DNA from: an uncultured Mollicutes bacterium
Lineage (GTDB): Bacteria; Bacillota_I; Bacilli_A; RFN20; CAG-826
Assembly: GCA_900540385.1 (NCBI GenBank)
Contig: UQFY01000002.1
Coordinates: forward strand, 73,274-137,273
Direction of reading: 5' to 3'
DNA: 64,000 nt
The notes below the pieces were generated by a model that worked only from the letters and a program-made list of their open reading frames with translations, ran no database searches and was not told the origin of the DNA. This document shows, piece by piece, positions 1 through 8,733 of the stretch (its first letter is position 1; every line of letters begins with the position of its first letter). The translations under genes were made by a program, and so were the position numbers.

Positions 1-159
1 ATTCTGATCTCCATCTTGAAGATTATTCAAACCCCCAAGAAGAATTCCACTGACGGCTGCGCATACCAAGTCGTGCCCATAGGGACCACTTCCAGCATGC
101 CCTTTCACCTCCAAAGAGATAAACTTACCGTTTTTTTCAACAAAAGTAACAGAAATCAT
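1..159 (-). CDS. prp: ribosomal-processing cysteine protease Prp (YsxB/DUF464), first 53 codons; continues past the window edge
   Basis: Own translation of the reverse strand from ATG 159..157 gives [53 protein letters not shown]. It has the GHA...D-x-VCAAVS His/Cys pattern typical of Prp. The start overlaps the rplU stop by 1 nt (TAATG). The rplU-prp(-rpmA) order is conserved in Firmicutes. It is absent from the ORF track because it runs off the edge. Confidence 0.8.
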   Translation of the reverse strand, partial: MISVTFVEKNGKFISLEVKGHAGSGPYGHDLVCAAVSGILLGGLNNLQDGDQN

Positions 160-467
160 TAGGCGTTGATGGATTCGATAACCAAGCAAGTATAAGGTTG
201 ACGATGTCCTTGTTTTTTACGGACATTGGCTTTGCTCTTGTACTTATAGATGGTTAATTTCTCGTTTAATCCTTGTTTTTCAACTTTGGCAAGAACGCTA
301 GCACCCTCAACATAAGGTTTGCCAACGACTGTTTTCTCACCACCGAGTAAAAGGACTTTTTCGAGTTTCACTTCTTTTCCAGCTTCAGCATCAAGTTTCT
401 CGACATAAATCTTGTCACCAACAGAAACTTTGATTTGCTTGCCACCAGTCTCGACGATTGCGTACAT
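159..467 (-). CDS. rplU: 50S ribosomal protein L21
   Basis: 102 aa, [14 protein letters not shown]...KQGHRQPYT is a classic L21 sequence. Strong SD AAAGGAGG lies 7 nt upstream of the ATG. Confidence 0.97.
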   Translation of the reverse strand: MYAIVETGGKQIKVSVGDKIYVEKLDAEAGKEVKLEKVLLLGGEKTVVGKPYVEGASVLAKVEKQGLNEKLTIYKYKSKANVRKKQGHRQPYTCLVIESINA

Positions 468-589
468 GCTATTTCCTCCTTTTTTGTCTAGTACTCGCTT
501 TAATGGTCCGATTTTGATTCGCGTTAGTTACCACTTCAAAGCGGTTGAGGCGCTAAGGAGCGTCACAACGTTAATAACTATACCACTTC

Positions 590-617
590 ATTTTAAGAAA
601 ACAACGATGATTTGTAA
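590..617 (-). promoter_or_regulatory. candidate sigma-A promoter of rplU (TTACAA-N16-TAAAAT), followed by a ~120-nt 5' leader (possible L21-leader-type autoregulatory region)
   Basis: On the minus strand, -35 TTACAA is at 617..612 and -10 TAAAAT at 595..590. The long untranslated leader (589..468) contains a duplicated GAAGTGGTA motif and small hairpins. The L21-leader assignment is only by position. Confidence 0.4.
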
Positions 618-690
618 GGCTTTCTAATTTTTTTCTTTCTTTTTTCCAAATATCCCACCAAATGGAGAAAATGAAGAGAAAAAGATAGCG

Positions 691-1365
691 TTAATCAACC
701 ATCAAATCATTTTCGTGAAACGAGAAATAAGTGTCATTCGAAACGATAATGTGATCCAATAGACGCACCCCGAGTAAAGCGGAGTTTTTCGCCAATGTGT
801 TTGTAAATTCGATCTCCCCTTTTGAAGGCAAAGGAAGCCCAGAGGGATGATTATGAAGCAAGACAAAATAAGAGAAGAAAGAGCCAGTAATTTCCATTAA
901 GATGATTTTGGAGGAAGCACAAATTCCATTCTCATCTCCAGTGAAAACGACTTTTTCTTTACGGATTCTCTTTCGCTTGTCGTAGCAAAGCAAGAAGAGT
1001 ATCTCTCTTTTCTCTTGTCCCAGAAAAAGTCGATAATGCTCAAATATTTCCTTCGCAGAAAGCAAAGAGAGGTAAGGTGCTTCGACAGAAGAGCGTCTAG
1101 CGATTTCGAAGGTGGCGGCCAAGGTTAACGCTTTGGCATCAGAAATTCCCTTAATGGAATAAAAGGATTCCACAGGTGTACTTGCCAAGGTTGGAAAGTC
1201 CTTGTAAGTAGACAAGATTTCAGAAGCCAGTTCTAAAGCGTTTTTCCCCACACACCCACTTCGAAGCAATATCGCTAAAAGCTCAGGGTCATTGCACGTT
1301 GAGATTCCTTTCCTTAGGGCCTTTTCCCTAGGTAAGTTCTCTTTTTTCATTTCTTTGATAATCAT
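691..1365 (-). CDS. radC: RadC-family JAMM protein
   Basis: HNHPSG JAMM motif, N-terminal HhH-like LAILLRSG...ALELA. The start is reassigned to ATG 1365 (MIIKEMKKENLPREKAL...). The 76 upstream codons of the 300-aa track ORF are Cys/Gly-rich noise that overlaps a better small ORF in another frame. Confidence 0.85.
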   Translation of the reverse strand: MIIKEMKKENLPREKALRKGISTCNDPELLAILLRSGCVGKNALELASEILSTYKDFPTLASTPVESFYSIKGISDAKALTLAATFEIARRSSVEAPYLSLLSAKEIFEHYRLFLGQEKREILFLLCYDKRKRIRKEKVVFTGDENGICASSKIILMEITGSFFSYFVLLHNHPSGLPLPSKGEIEFTNTLAKNSALLGVRLLDHIIVSNDTYFSFHENDLMVD

Positions 1366-1538
1366 TTCCAGGTGAATTGCCAGCCACCGGGTATTTTTGC
1401 ACTCCCCGAGGAAGTGCGGAAAATCCGATAAACCACAACCGCCGTTATCGCAATCGCCAAAACCGCCATAACAGCAGTTAAGGTAATCGCTTCGCCAGGA
1501 ACAATCGTCTCTAGTTCTTCCGGATTTAATGCTCGCAT
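1362..1538 (-). CDS. 58-aa single-pass membrane protein of unknown function, translationally coupled to radC
   Basis: MRALNPEELETIVPGEAITLTAVMAVLAIAITAVVVYRIFRTSSGSAKIPGGWQFTWK. SD GAAGGGAGG lies 9 nt upstream of ATG 1538. One clear TM helix. Its TGA stop overlaps the radC ATG (ATGA, 1362..1365). Confidence 0.55.
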   Translation of the reverse strand: MRALNPEELETIVPGEAITLTAVMAVLAIAITAVVVYRIFRTSSGSAKIPGGWQFTWK

Positions 1539-1603
1539 ATTTGAAAAACCTCCCTTCACTTATAAGAAGGGGGGTATTTCGAAAAACGGACAAAAATTTT
1601 TAC

Positions 1604-4192
1604 TTATTTTTGAATTTCCGCTATTTTGGCTTCAATATTTGCTAAAAGTTTGCTGTTGTTAGAAAGCTTTTCTTCCTCAACGCGAACTTTTTCTTTCGGT
1701 GCTTTTGCTAAGAAACCAGGATTGGAAAGAATTTTATGAGAACGGGCAATCTCCCCTTCCAAATAAGTCTTTTGCTTCAATAGGCGCTCAAGCAATACCG
1801 AAGGATCCACATCTTCTTCCACAACCATGGAGAATCCAGGATACATGAAAGGATTTCCACCTAAAGCTTCTTTTTTCACGGAATAAGAGGTAGCGAAAGC
1901 AAAACGAGAGAGATACTCTCCAAAGCCAGCGAACGGCTCTTTTGGCGAAACGATCAATCTCACTTTGGCATTAGGGGCTATGGAATTTGTGGATTTGTAA
2001 TTACGGATATCGCGAATCATATCTTGAAGAATAGCAACCTTATCGCTTGCTTTTTTGTTCAACAATTCCTTCTCATAAACCGGATATGGTTCACACATAA
2101 TGGAATCTTTATGAGCAGGCAAAGAGAGATACATTTCTTCGCTTACGAATGGGCAATATGGATAAATCATGAGGATGATTTCACGCATTACCTTATATAA
2201 AACATCCTTCGTGACTTCCGCTTCTTCTCCGCCATGCGAAAGAGAAATCTTAGAGAATTCCAAATAGGAAGAGCAGAAATCATCATAGACAAAGTCATAC
2301 AAAGTTGAAGAGGCTTGTCCAAATTCATAAGAATCCATCTTGCTTCCGACTTTTTTCACAGTCTTTTCAAGACGATCTAAAATGAAGGCGTCTAAGGTCC
2401 CTAATTTCTTCTTGTCGATTTCATGAGGAGTATAAGAATCCCCTAAAACACCTTCAACATAACGGCAAGCGTTCCAGATCTTATTCAAATAGGCTTCACT
2501 CGAAGCAACCTTTTCTTCGATATAACGCATATCCATCCCTGGGGTGCAGTTGGTGGTGATGAAATAACGAAGAGCATCCACGCCATAACGATCGATGACA
2601 TCCATCGGATCGATGCCATTTCCTAAGGATTTAGACATCTTTCTTCCTAAAGAGTCACGAACAAGGCCATGGATAACAACATCTTTGAAAGGAACTTCAT
2701 CGGTAAAATGAAGGGATTGGAAAATCATCCTTGAAACCCAGAAGAAGATAATGTCATACCCCGTTACCAAACAAGAGGTAGGGAAATAACGTTGGAAATC
2801 AGGACTATCCGTGTTTGGCCAGCCTAAAGTGGCAAAAGGCCATAAAGCGCTAGAGAACCACGTATCCAAAACATCTTCGTCTTGGCGGTAGACATTTAAA
2901 TCTGGAGTTTCTTCACTAACTAAAAGCTCTCCTGTTTCCTTATTGTAATAAGCAGGAATACGGTGTCCCCACCAAAGTTGTCTAGAAATGCACCAGTCTT
3001 CGATATTGCTCATCCAACGTAACAAGACTTTCTCGAAACGTTTTGGAACAAAGTTAACTTTTCCGGAAGTTTTTTGTCTTTCAAGAACTTTATCGGCAAG
3101 AGGCTTCATCTTCACGAACCATTGCTTAGAAAGCATAGGTTCCACAACCGCATCGCTTCTTTCGGAGTGTCCGACAGAGTGGACGATTTTTTCGATTTTT
3201 ACAAGATGTCCCTCTTCTTTAATCTTCTCTACTAAAGCTTTACGACATTCATAACGGTCCATGCCTTGATAGATACCGCACTTATCGTTCATATGAGCGG
3301 TTTCATCAAGAACTTTAATCATTGGGAAACCATATTTTTTAGCCAAAGCAAAGTCATTTGGATCATGGGCTGGAGTACATTTCATCGCGCCTGTTCCAAA
3401 AGAAAGATCGACATAGGAATCAGCCATCAAAGGAAGCTCTTCCCCATTGGCCGGATTGATAACTTTTTTCCCGACTAAATTCTTATAACGAGAATCTTTA
3501 GGGTTCACGAAAACGGCTGTATCGCCAAACATGGTTTCTGGACGAGTTGTTGCAACAATGATGCTTTGGTCTGTTCCCACCACATCATATTTAAAATAGA
3601 AGAATTCTCCTTCATCATCTTTGTGAATGATTTCAATGTTGCTTAAAGCCGTCTTCAATTCAGGATCCCAGTTGGTAATCCTTTCTCCTTGATAAATAAG
3701 GCCTTCATTATAAAGAGTGACGAAAACATGACGAACAGCTTTAGAAAGCCCTTCGTCTAAGGTAAATCTTTCGCGGGAATAATCGATAGAAAGGCCCATT
3801 TTCTTCCATTGTTCATGGATGGTTTTAGCGTATTCGTCTTTCCATTCCCAGGCCTTCTTCAAGAAACCTTCTCTTCCTAAATCATAACGGGAGATACCTT
3901 CTTCTCTTAGCTTTGCCTCGACTTTTGCTTGGGTGGCAATGCCAGCGTGATCCATTCCCGGAAGCCAAAGGACGTCATATCCTTTCATTCTCTTATATCG
4001 GGTGATGATATCTTCCAAAGTCGTATCCATCGCATGTCCAAGATGTAGTTTTCCTGTAACGTTTGGTGGCGGAATAACAAGAGAGAACGGGGGTTTTGAT
4101 TTATCTAAACCAGCTTTGAAATAATCGCCGCTAACCCATTTTTCATATTTGCCCTCTTCGACTGTTTTTGGGTCATAATGCTTATCGAGCAT
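1604..4192 (-). CDS. valS: valine--tRNA ligase
   Basis: 862 aa with HIGH (GKLHLGHA) and KMSKS motifs and a C-terminal coiled coil. Preceded by a T-box leader. Confidence 0.98.
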   Translation of the reverse strand: MLDKHYDPKTVEEGKYEKWVSGDYFKAGLDKSKPPFSLVIPPPNVTGKLHLGHAMDTTLEDIITRYKRMKGYDVLWLPGMDHAGIATQAKVEAKLREEGISRYDLGREGFLKKAWEWKDEYAKTIHEQWKKMGLSIDYSRERFTLDEGLSKAVRHVFVTLYNEGLIYQGERITNWDPELKTALSNIEIIHKDDEGEFFYFKYDVVGTDQSIIVATTRPETMFGDTAVFVNPKDSRYKNLVGKKVINPANGEELPLMADSYVDLSFGTGAMKCTPAHDPNDFALAKKYGFPMIKVLDETAHMNDKCGIYQGMDRYECRKALVEKIKEEGHLVKIEKIVHSVGHSERSDAVVEPMLSKQWFVKMKPLADKVLERQKTSGKVNFVPKRFEKVLLRWMSNIEDWCISRQLWWGHRIPAYYNKETGELLVSEETPDLNVYRQDEDVLDTWFSSALWPFATLGWPNTDSPDFQRYFPTSCLVTGYDIIFFWVSRMIFQSLHFTDEVPFKDVVIHGLVRDSLGRKMSKSLGNGIDPMDVIDRYGVDALRYFITTNCTPGMDMRYIEEKVASSEAYLNKIWNACRYVEGVLGDSYTPHEIDKKKLGTLDAFILDRLEKTVKKVGSKMDSYEFGQASSTLYDFVYDDFCSSYLEFSKISLSHGGEEAEVTKDVLYKVMREIILMIYPYCPFVSEEMYLSLPAHKDSIMCEPYPVYEKELLNKKASDKVAILQDMIRDIRNYKSTNSIAPNAKVRLIVSPKEPFAGFGEYLSRFAFATSYSVKKEALGGNPFMYPGFSMVVEEDVDPSVLLERLLKQKTYLEGEIARSHKILSNPGFLAKAPKEKVRVEEEKLSNNSKLLANIEAKIAEIQK

Positions 4193-4204
4193 TTTTTCTC
4201 CTCC

Positions 4205-4416
4205 TTAAAATAAAAAATACGCCGAATCCCATATAGGGACGCGGCGCGCGGTACCACCCTAATTCCAAAGAAGATTTTCTTTGGCTCTTTGGCTTTAACG
4301 CAGCAAACGGAATTTCTTCTATTCTCCAAAGCGACTCACCTTTTCTTGATGACCAGTTTTCAGCTACTCTGGCTCTCTTTGCATCAAGGAGGAAGGATCC
4401 CTCTTCTTCAACGAAC
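4205..4416 (-). promoter_or_regulatory. T-box riboswitch leader (Val) with intrinsic terminator; promoter TTGTTA-N17-TATAAT at 4451..4423
   Basis: Minus-strand elements: T-box sequence AATTAGGGTGGTACCGCG (4264..4247); terminator CGCCGCGTCCC-TATAT-GGGATTCGGCG plus a T-run; AG bulge AAAGAGAG; distal hairpin CCAG-AGTAGCTGAAAA-CTGG. The specifier context GUC-G|CUUU|GGA|GAAU aligns with the Phe leader UUC-G|CCUU|GGA|GAAC. This gives specifier GUC at 4335..4333. Confidence 0.85.
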
Positions 4417-4454
4417 GGGAAAATTATAAAACCCTGTAAGATTTTTAACAACCT

Positions 4455-5585
4455 TCAAAGATTGTAAAAGGATAAAGCGATTTCTCTTTCTTCTTTGGTT
4501 TCTCCTGCATGATGCGCTTTAAGAAAAGTTTTCTTGTTTAGCACCTGTTTGGAGTTCCAAAGAACGTTTTCTCCAACTGCAATAGCAAGGAAATCTCCGA
4601 TGAACTCTTGAAAATGAGGATTTTCTTCCCCAACGCCAAAGATATTTTCTTCAAGAACTTCCTTTTTCGTTAGAAGAACGAAATCCGGATAATACTTCGT
4701 GAAAAGAGAGGCAAATTCTTCTTTTTTACTCTCTTTCACAAAGAAAGTCGCATTTCTTCCTTCTAAGGACATCGGTAAAGAAAGGCAATCTACCAATTCT
4801 TTATGGAGAGCGATATCTCGATATTTCACGTTGATAAGGCCATGGTCAGCCATACTAATTACTAAGACGTCTGGATTTTCTTTCACGAATTGTCGAATCA
4901 TTTTATTGATTTTACGGAACTCATTCCAAACAGAGAGGGATTTTACGCCATATTGGTGCAGCTCTTTATCTGGATGAGGAGTATAAGAATAAAGGAATTC
5001 TCCACCATTTTTGAAGAAGGAAGTCGCGTGTTGAACCATTTCTTTATAATTCTTCGGAGCTTTTTCTCCACCAAGAGGATAAAGATATTCCAGTTTTGCA
5101 TTCACGCCTTTCTCTTGCATAAGAACATCGATTTTCTTTAATGGGCAATAACGGTCAAAGAAATGGCTGCCATCATGATAATAGTTCACTTTTTCACCCG
5201 TTAAATCGTTCACATCAGGAAAAACACAAAGAGGGAAATGAAGGCTAGGAATGTATTGCGTCCAACCCATCCAGCCATTTTCCTTAGGCCACTTTGCCGT
5301 TAAAAAGGCGTTTGTTGCTGCGACAGTTGTCGGAGGATTCGTCGAAGAAATAACGCACTTTTGATGGGAAATAAGGTATTTGTTTGTGTGAGGGAAAAGA
5401 GAAATATTATATTTTCCCGCTCCATCGAAAAGAAAAACACAAACTTTCTTATGTCCTTCCAAAAGACGATCAATTTCAGGGTCTGTCTCATGAAAAGGCT
5501 CAACATGGAAGTGTTTTAAAAGGGAGGAAGAGAAGCCAACTAGGCTTTTTTCTCTATCAAAGATTTCTTTAGGTAAATTTTTCAT
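4455..5585 (-). CDS. alkaline-phosphatase-superfamily protein (type I phosphodiesterase / nucleotide pyrophosphatase-like)
   Basis: 376 aa. Motifs FDGAG..., STNPPTTVAATNAFLT (nucleophile Thr/Ser context), MADHG, KAHHAG are typical of AlkP-core metalloenzymes. Substrate unknown. Confidence 0.65.
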   Translation of the reverse strand: MKNLPKEIFDREKSLVGFSSSLLKHFHVEPFHETDPEIDRLLEGHKKVCVFLFDGAGKYNISLFPHTNKYLISHQKCVISSTNPPTTVAATNAFLTAKWPKENGWMGWTQYIPSLHFPLCVFPDVNDLTGEKVNYYHDGSHFFDRYCPLKKIDVLMQEKGVNAKLEYLYPLGGEKAPKNYKEMVQHATSFFKNGGEFLYSYTPHPDKELHQYGVKSLSVWNEFRKINKMIRQFVKENPDVLVISMADHGLINVKYRDIALHKELVDCLSLPMSLEGRNATFFVKESKKEEFASLFTKYYPDFVLLTKKEVLEENIFGVGEENPHFQEFIGDFLAIAVGENVLWNSKQVLNKKTFLKAHHAGETKEEREIALSFYNL

Positions 5586-5634
5586 AACGCTAAATCATAG
5601 TTGAAATAAGGTGTTTTGCAAGGGGAAGAGAACT

Positions 5635-6195
5635 TTATTTCAAAAAAGCAGCGATTTTAGCACGTAAAAGATCCGGTTTATTTTTCTTTGAAGAAAGCAA
5701 TACATCCATTCCGGCATATCTTTTTTTCGCCAAAGCGATATCCGATTGTTTGGCTAGATCAGATTTCGTTAGAACAAGAAGAGTTGGTACTCCTTCTTCT
5801 TTTAAGTGCTCGAGCAACATTTCGTCTTCTTCCGATGGTTCTCTTCGAGAGTCGATAAGAAAGATGCAGCCTTTTAATAAAGGGTTTTGGAAATAATCTT
5901 CCATCATCTCGCCGAAAGAAACGTCTTCTTTACTGCCATAAGAGGTAAAACCATACCCAGGGGAATCTACCAAATAGAAAGAGTTATCGATTAAAAAATA
6001 ATTTAAATAACGGGTTTTCCCTGCATTTTTGGAAGAAAAAGCAATCTTTTGTCCCGTTAAAGTATTGATTAAAGAAGATTTCCCGACGTTTGACTTTCCA
6101 ACAAAGACGATTTCTTTGAGATTGTCTTTGGGGCGAAAGCTCTTATTTGGAGCTGAGAGAATATATTTTGCGTTTTGAAATTTAATGATAGCCAT
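5635..6195 (-). CDS. engB: ribosome-biogenesis GTPase EngB/YsxC
   Basis: GKSNVGKSSLIN P-loop, DSPGYG, TKSD. Conserved position downstream of lon as in Bacillus. Start set to ATG 6195 (MAIIKFQN...); the track ORF begins at an upstream TTG. Confidence 0.92.
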   Translation of the reverse strand: MAIIKFQNAKYILSAPNKSFRPKDNLKEIVFVGKSNVGKSSLINTLTGQKIAFSSKNAGKTRYLNYFLIDNSFYLVDSPGYGFTSYGSKEDVSFGEMMEDYFQNPLLKGCIFLIDSRREPSEEDEMLLEHLKEEGVPTLLVLTKSDLAKQSDIALAKKRYAGMDVLLSSKKNKPDLLRAKIAAFLK

Positions 6196-6209
6196 AAGCA
6201 AATTATAGC

Positions 6210-6246
6210 AAAAAGAAAAGAGAAACCCCTATGCGGAATTTCTCTT
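6210..6246 (-). terminator. intrinsic terminator of lon
   Basis: Minus strand: AAGAGAAATTCC-GCATA-GGGGTTTCTCTT followed by TTCTTTTT. The two G-U pairs exist only on the minus strand (they are C-A mismatches on plus). Confidence 0.7.
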
Positions 6247-6252
6247 TTTCCT

Positions 6253-8607
6253 TTACGCTTTGTTGTTTTCCGTTTCAAAGACAAATGGTAAGGCGTCATC
6301 GACACATTTCATAAAATGAATCGTGAGACCTTTCTTGACTTCTTCTGGAAGTTCATCAACGTCTTTTTTATTCTCCTCAGGAACCAAAATCGTTTTAATT
6401 CCACTACGGAGAGCAGCAAGGGATTTCTCCCTTAAGCCACCAATCGGCAGAGCTTTGCCACGTAGTGTAACCTCGCCTGTCATCGCTACGTTATTGTTAA
6501 CTGGCTTTCCAGAAAGCGACGAGATAATGGCGCAAGTAATAGCAATACCAGCACTTGGGCCGTCTTTTGGCACAGCTCCTTCAGGGAAATGAAGGTGAAT
6601 GTCGTTCTTTTCAAACATTTCTTCCGGGATGCCATATTTGGTAGCGTTCGCACGGACGTAATCAAGAGCGATCATGCAGCTTTCCTTCATGATATCCTTA
6701 AGGTTACCCGTTAAGACAAGTTGGCCTTTACCATGGAAATGAGTCGCTTCAATTGGCAAGATATCTCCACCAAATTCGGTATAGGCTAAGCCAGTAACCA
6801 CGCCAATTTGAGGTTCTTTCTCTTTCTTCGTGTCTTCAAAAATCTCCACGCCAAGGTATTTTTTCACTTGTTCGGCATCGACTTTGATCGGGCGAGGAAG
6901 GGATGGATTCTTAATTAACTCAACGATGGCTTTCCTGCAACAAGAAGCCACAAGCCTTTCGAGTTCACGGACACCCGCTTCACGAGTATAGAATTCGATC
7001 ATTTCGCGGATTCCTTCTTCGGTGAAAATGATGTCTCCTTCTTTTAAACCGTTCGCTTTCATTTGCTTTTGGATTAAGAAATCCGCAGCGATTTTTAGCT
7101 TTTCAATCTCGATATAAGAAGGAACTTCGATTAATTCCAAACGATCTCTTAATGGAGCTGGGACGTTCTCAAGGTAGTTTGCTGTAGCAATAAAGAGAAC
7201 GTTAGAGAGATCATATGGTTCTTCAAGAAAGTTATCATTGAAGGCGAAATTTTGTTCTGGATCAAGTACTTCAAGAAGAGCGCTAGATGGATCTCCACGA
7301 TAATTCGCTCCACCAACTTTATCGATTTCATCGAGTAAAAAGACTGGATTTACGGTGCCAGCGCGAGTCATTCCTTGAATGATTCTTCCAGGAAGAGCGC
7401 CAACATAGGTTCTTCTGTGTCCACGAATTTCCGCTTCATCGGAAACACCGCCAAGGGAACATTTATAGAATTTTCTTCCTAAAGCTTGGGCAATAGACTT
7501 CGCAAGGGAAGTTTTACCGCATCCTGGCGGGCCAAAAAAGCAAAGGATAGGAGCTTTTAAAGTGCCTGTCGCTTGCTTGACAGCAAGATATTCGATGATT
7601 CTCTTTTTGACTTTCTCAAGACCAAAATGGTTCTCATCTAAAATCTTTTGAACGTTACTCAAATCATCATTATCTTCCGTTCTTTGGAACCAGGGAACAT
7701 TAATTAAGGTTTGAATGTAATTCAAGATCAAGGAACTTTCAAGAGAGCCGTCTGGCATCATTTCCATACGGTGAAGCTCATTCTTAATCTTTGCTTTGAC
7801 ATTTTCCGGATATGGGTTCTTTTCAAGTTTTGCCTTGATAGCATCCACATCATTGACACCAGCGCCCTCACCAAGTTCATCCTTGATGGCTTTCATTTTT
7901 TCGCGAAGGAAATACTCTTTTTGAGATTTTTCTGCTCTTTCACGAACGGTCTCATCGAGTTTTTGCTCGATTTGGGTGATTTGTTTTTGCTCATCTAAAA
8001 GACGAAGCAAAATCTTTAAACGCTCATTGGTGTTTTTTTCAGCAAGAAGAGCGACTTTATCGGCAACGCGGAAATCTAAATATTGGGCAATCGTATCCAC
8101 GACATTTCCAACAGAATCGCCGTTTTGCAAAGATGTTAACGTGTTTTTGACCACGTTAGGATTCATAAAGTTCGATGTCGTAAGAGATTGAGAAAGCTTT
8201 GCGATAAGCTGAAGTTCCTCATTCGCATCCCCTTCTTCATCCTCAAGAATGCTTCCATCGGCAATATAGCTTCCTTTTTCGAAACGAATGTTAGAAAGAA
8301 GAACTCTTCTTGATCCGATTAAACGAACCTTGATGCTGCCATCTTTCTCATTGCTATAGACAATGCGGCATAATGTCGCTGTTTCAAAGACGTCATCAGG
8401 GATTTTGATATCATCTTTATCCGCTTCTTTTTGGCAACCAACGAAGAGAAGGCTATTCGAATTTGCCTTTGCTTGGCGGATTGCTTCCATGGAGTATGGA
8501 CGGCCCGCATCTACGGCTTCGTTCATATTCGGATATACGACCAAACCTTTTGTAATCAGGAAAGGGAGAGTTAACGGTTGTTTTTCATTGGGAGTTTTAT
8601 CTTCCAT
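6253..8607 (-). CDS. lon: ATP-dependent Lon protease
   Basis: 784 aa with Lon N-domain, AAA+ GPPGCGKTS, and proteolytic PKDGPSAG serine site. Confidence 0.98.
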   Translation of the reverse strand: MEDKTPNEKQPLTLPFLITKGLVVYPNMNEAVDAGRPYSMEAIRQAKANSNSLLFVGCQKEADKDDIKIPDDVFETATLCRIVYSNEKDGSIKVRLIGSRRVLLSNIRFEKGSYIADGSILEDEEGDANEELQLIAKLSQSLTTSNFMNPNVVKNTLTSLQNGDSVGNVVDTIAQYLDFRVADKVALLAEKNTNERLKILLRLLDEQKQITQIEQKLDETVRERAEKSQKEYFLREKMKAIKDELGEGAGVNDVDAIKAKLEKNPYPENVKAKIKNELHRMEMMPDGSLESSLILNYIQTLINVPWFQRTEDNDDLSNVQKILDENHFGLEKVKKRIIEYLAVKQATGTLKAPILCFFGPPGCGKTSLAKSIAQALGRKFYKCSLGGVSDEAEIRGHRRTYVGALPGRIIQGMTRAGTVNPVFLLDEIDKVGGANYRGDPSSALLEVLDPEQNFAFNDNFLEEPYDLSNVLFIATANYLENVPAPLRDRLELIEVPSYIEIEKLKIAADFLIQKQMKANGLKEGDIIFTEEGIREMIEFYTREAGVRELERLVASCCRKAIVELIKNPSLPRPIKVDAEQVKKYLGVEIFEDTKKEKEPQIGVVTGLAYTEFGGDILPIEATHFHGKGQLVLTGNLKDIMKESCMIALDYVRANATKYGIPEEMFEKNDIHLHFPEGAVPKDGPSAGIAITCAIISSLSGKPVNNNVAMTGEVTLRGKALPIGGLREKSLAALRSGIKTILVPEENKKDVDELPEEVKKGLTIHFMKCVDDALPFVFETENNKA

Positions 8608-8634
8608 TTTTCATACCTCCTTTTTGCAATGATA

Positions 8635-8676
8635 ATTATAGGATTCCTTTTAGCACTGTCAAATGTTAAGTGCTAA
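8635..8676 (-). promoter_or_regulatory. lon promoter (TTGACA-N16-TATAAT) overlapped by a CIRCE (HrcA) operator
   Basis: TTAGCACTG-N9-AAGTGCTAA at 8650..8676, against the CIRCE consensus TTAGCACTC-N9-GAGTGCTAA. On the minus strand, -35 TTGACA is at 8662..8657 and -10 TATAAT at 8640..8635. SD AAAGGAGG lies downstream. Confidence 0.85.
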
Positions 8677-8678
8677 TT

Positions 8679-8710
8679 TAATAAAAATAAGGCAGAATTT
8701 CTTCCGCCTT
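8679..8710 (-). terminator. intrinsic terminator of tig
   Basis: Minus strand: AAGGCGG-AAGAAATT-CTGCCTT followed by ATTTTTATT. Confidence 0.7.
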
Positions 8711-8733
8711 ATCCATTTTTTATTTTTAAGAGA

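Noticed and set aside
691-1593. 300-aa version of the radC ORF given by the ORF track.
   Set aside because: The first 76 codons (Cys/Gly/Asp-rich, no RadC similarity) overlap a better small ORF that has its own SD in another frame. RadC homology begins at MIIKEMKK (ATG 1365).
4105-4451. ORFs of 74 and 89 aa upstream of valS.
   Set aside because: They lie entirely within the Val T-box leader (T-box sequence, terminator). Their composition reflects RNA structure, not coding.
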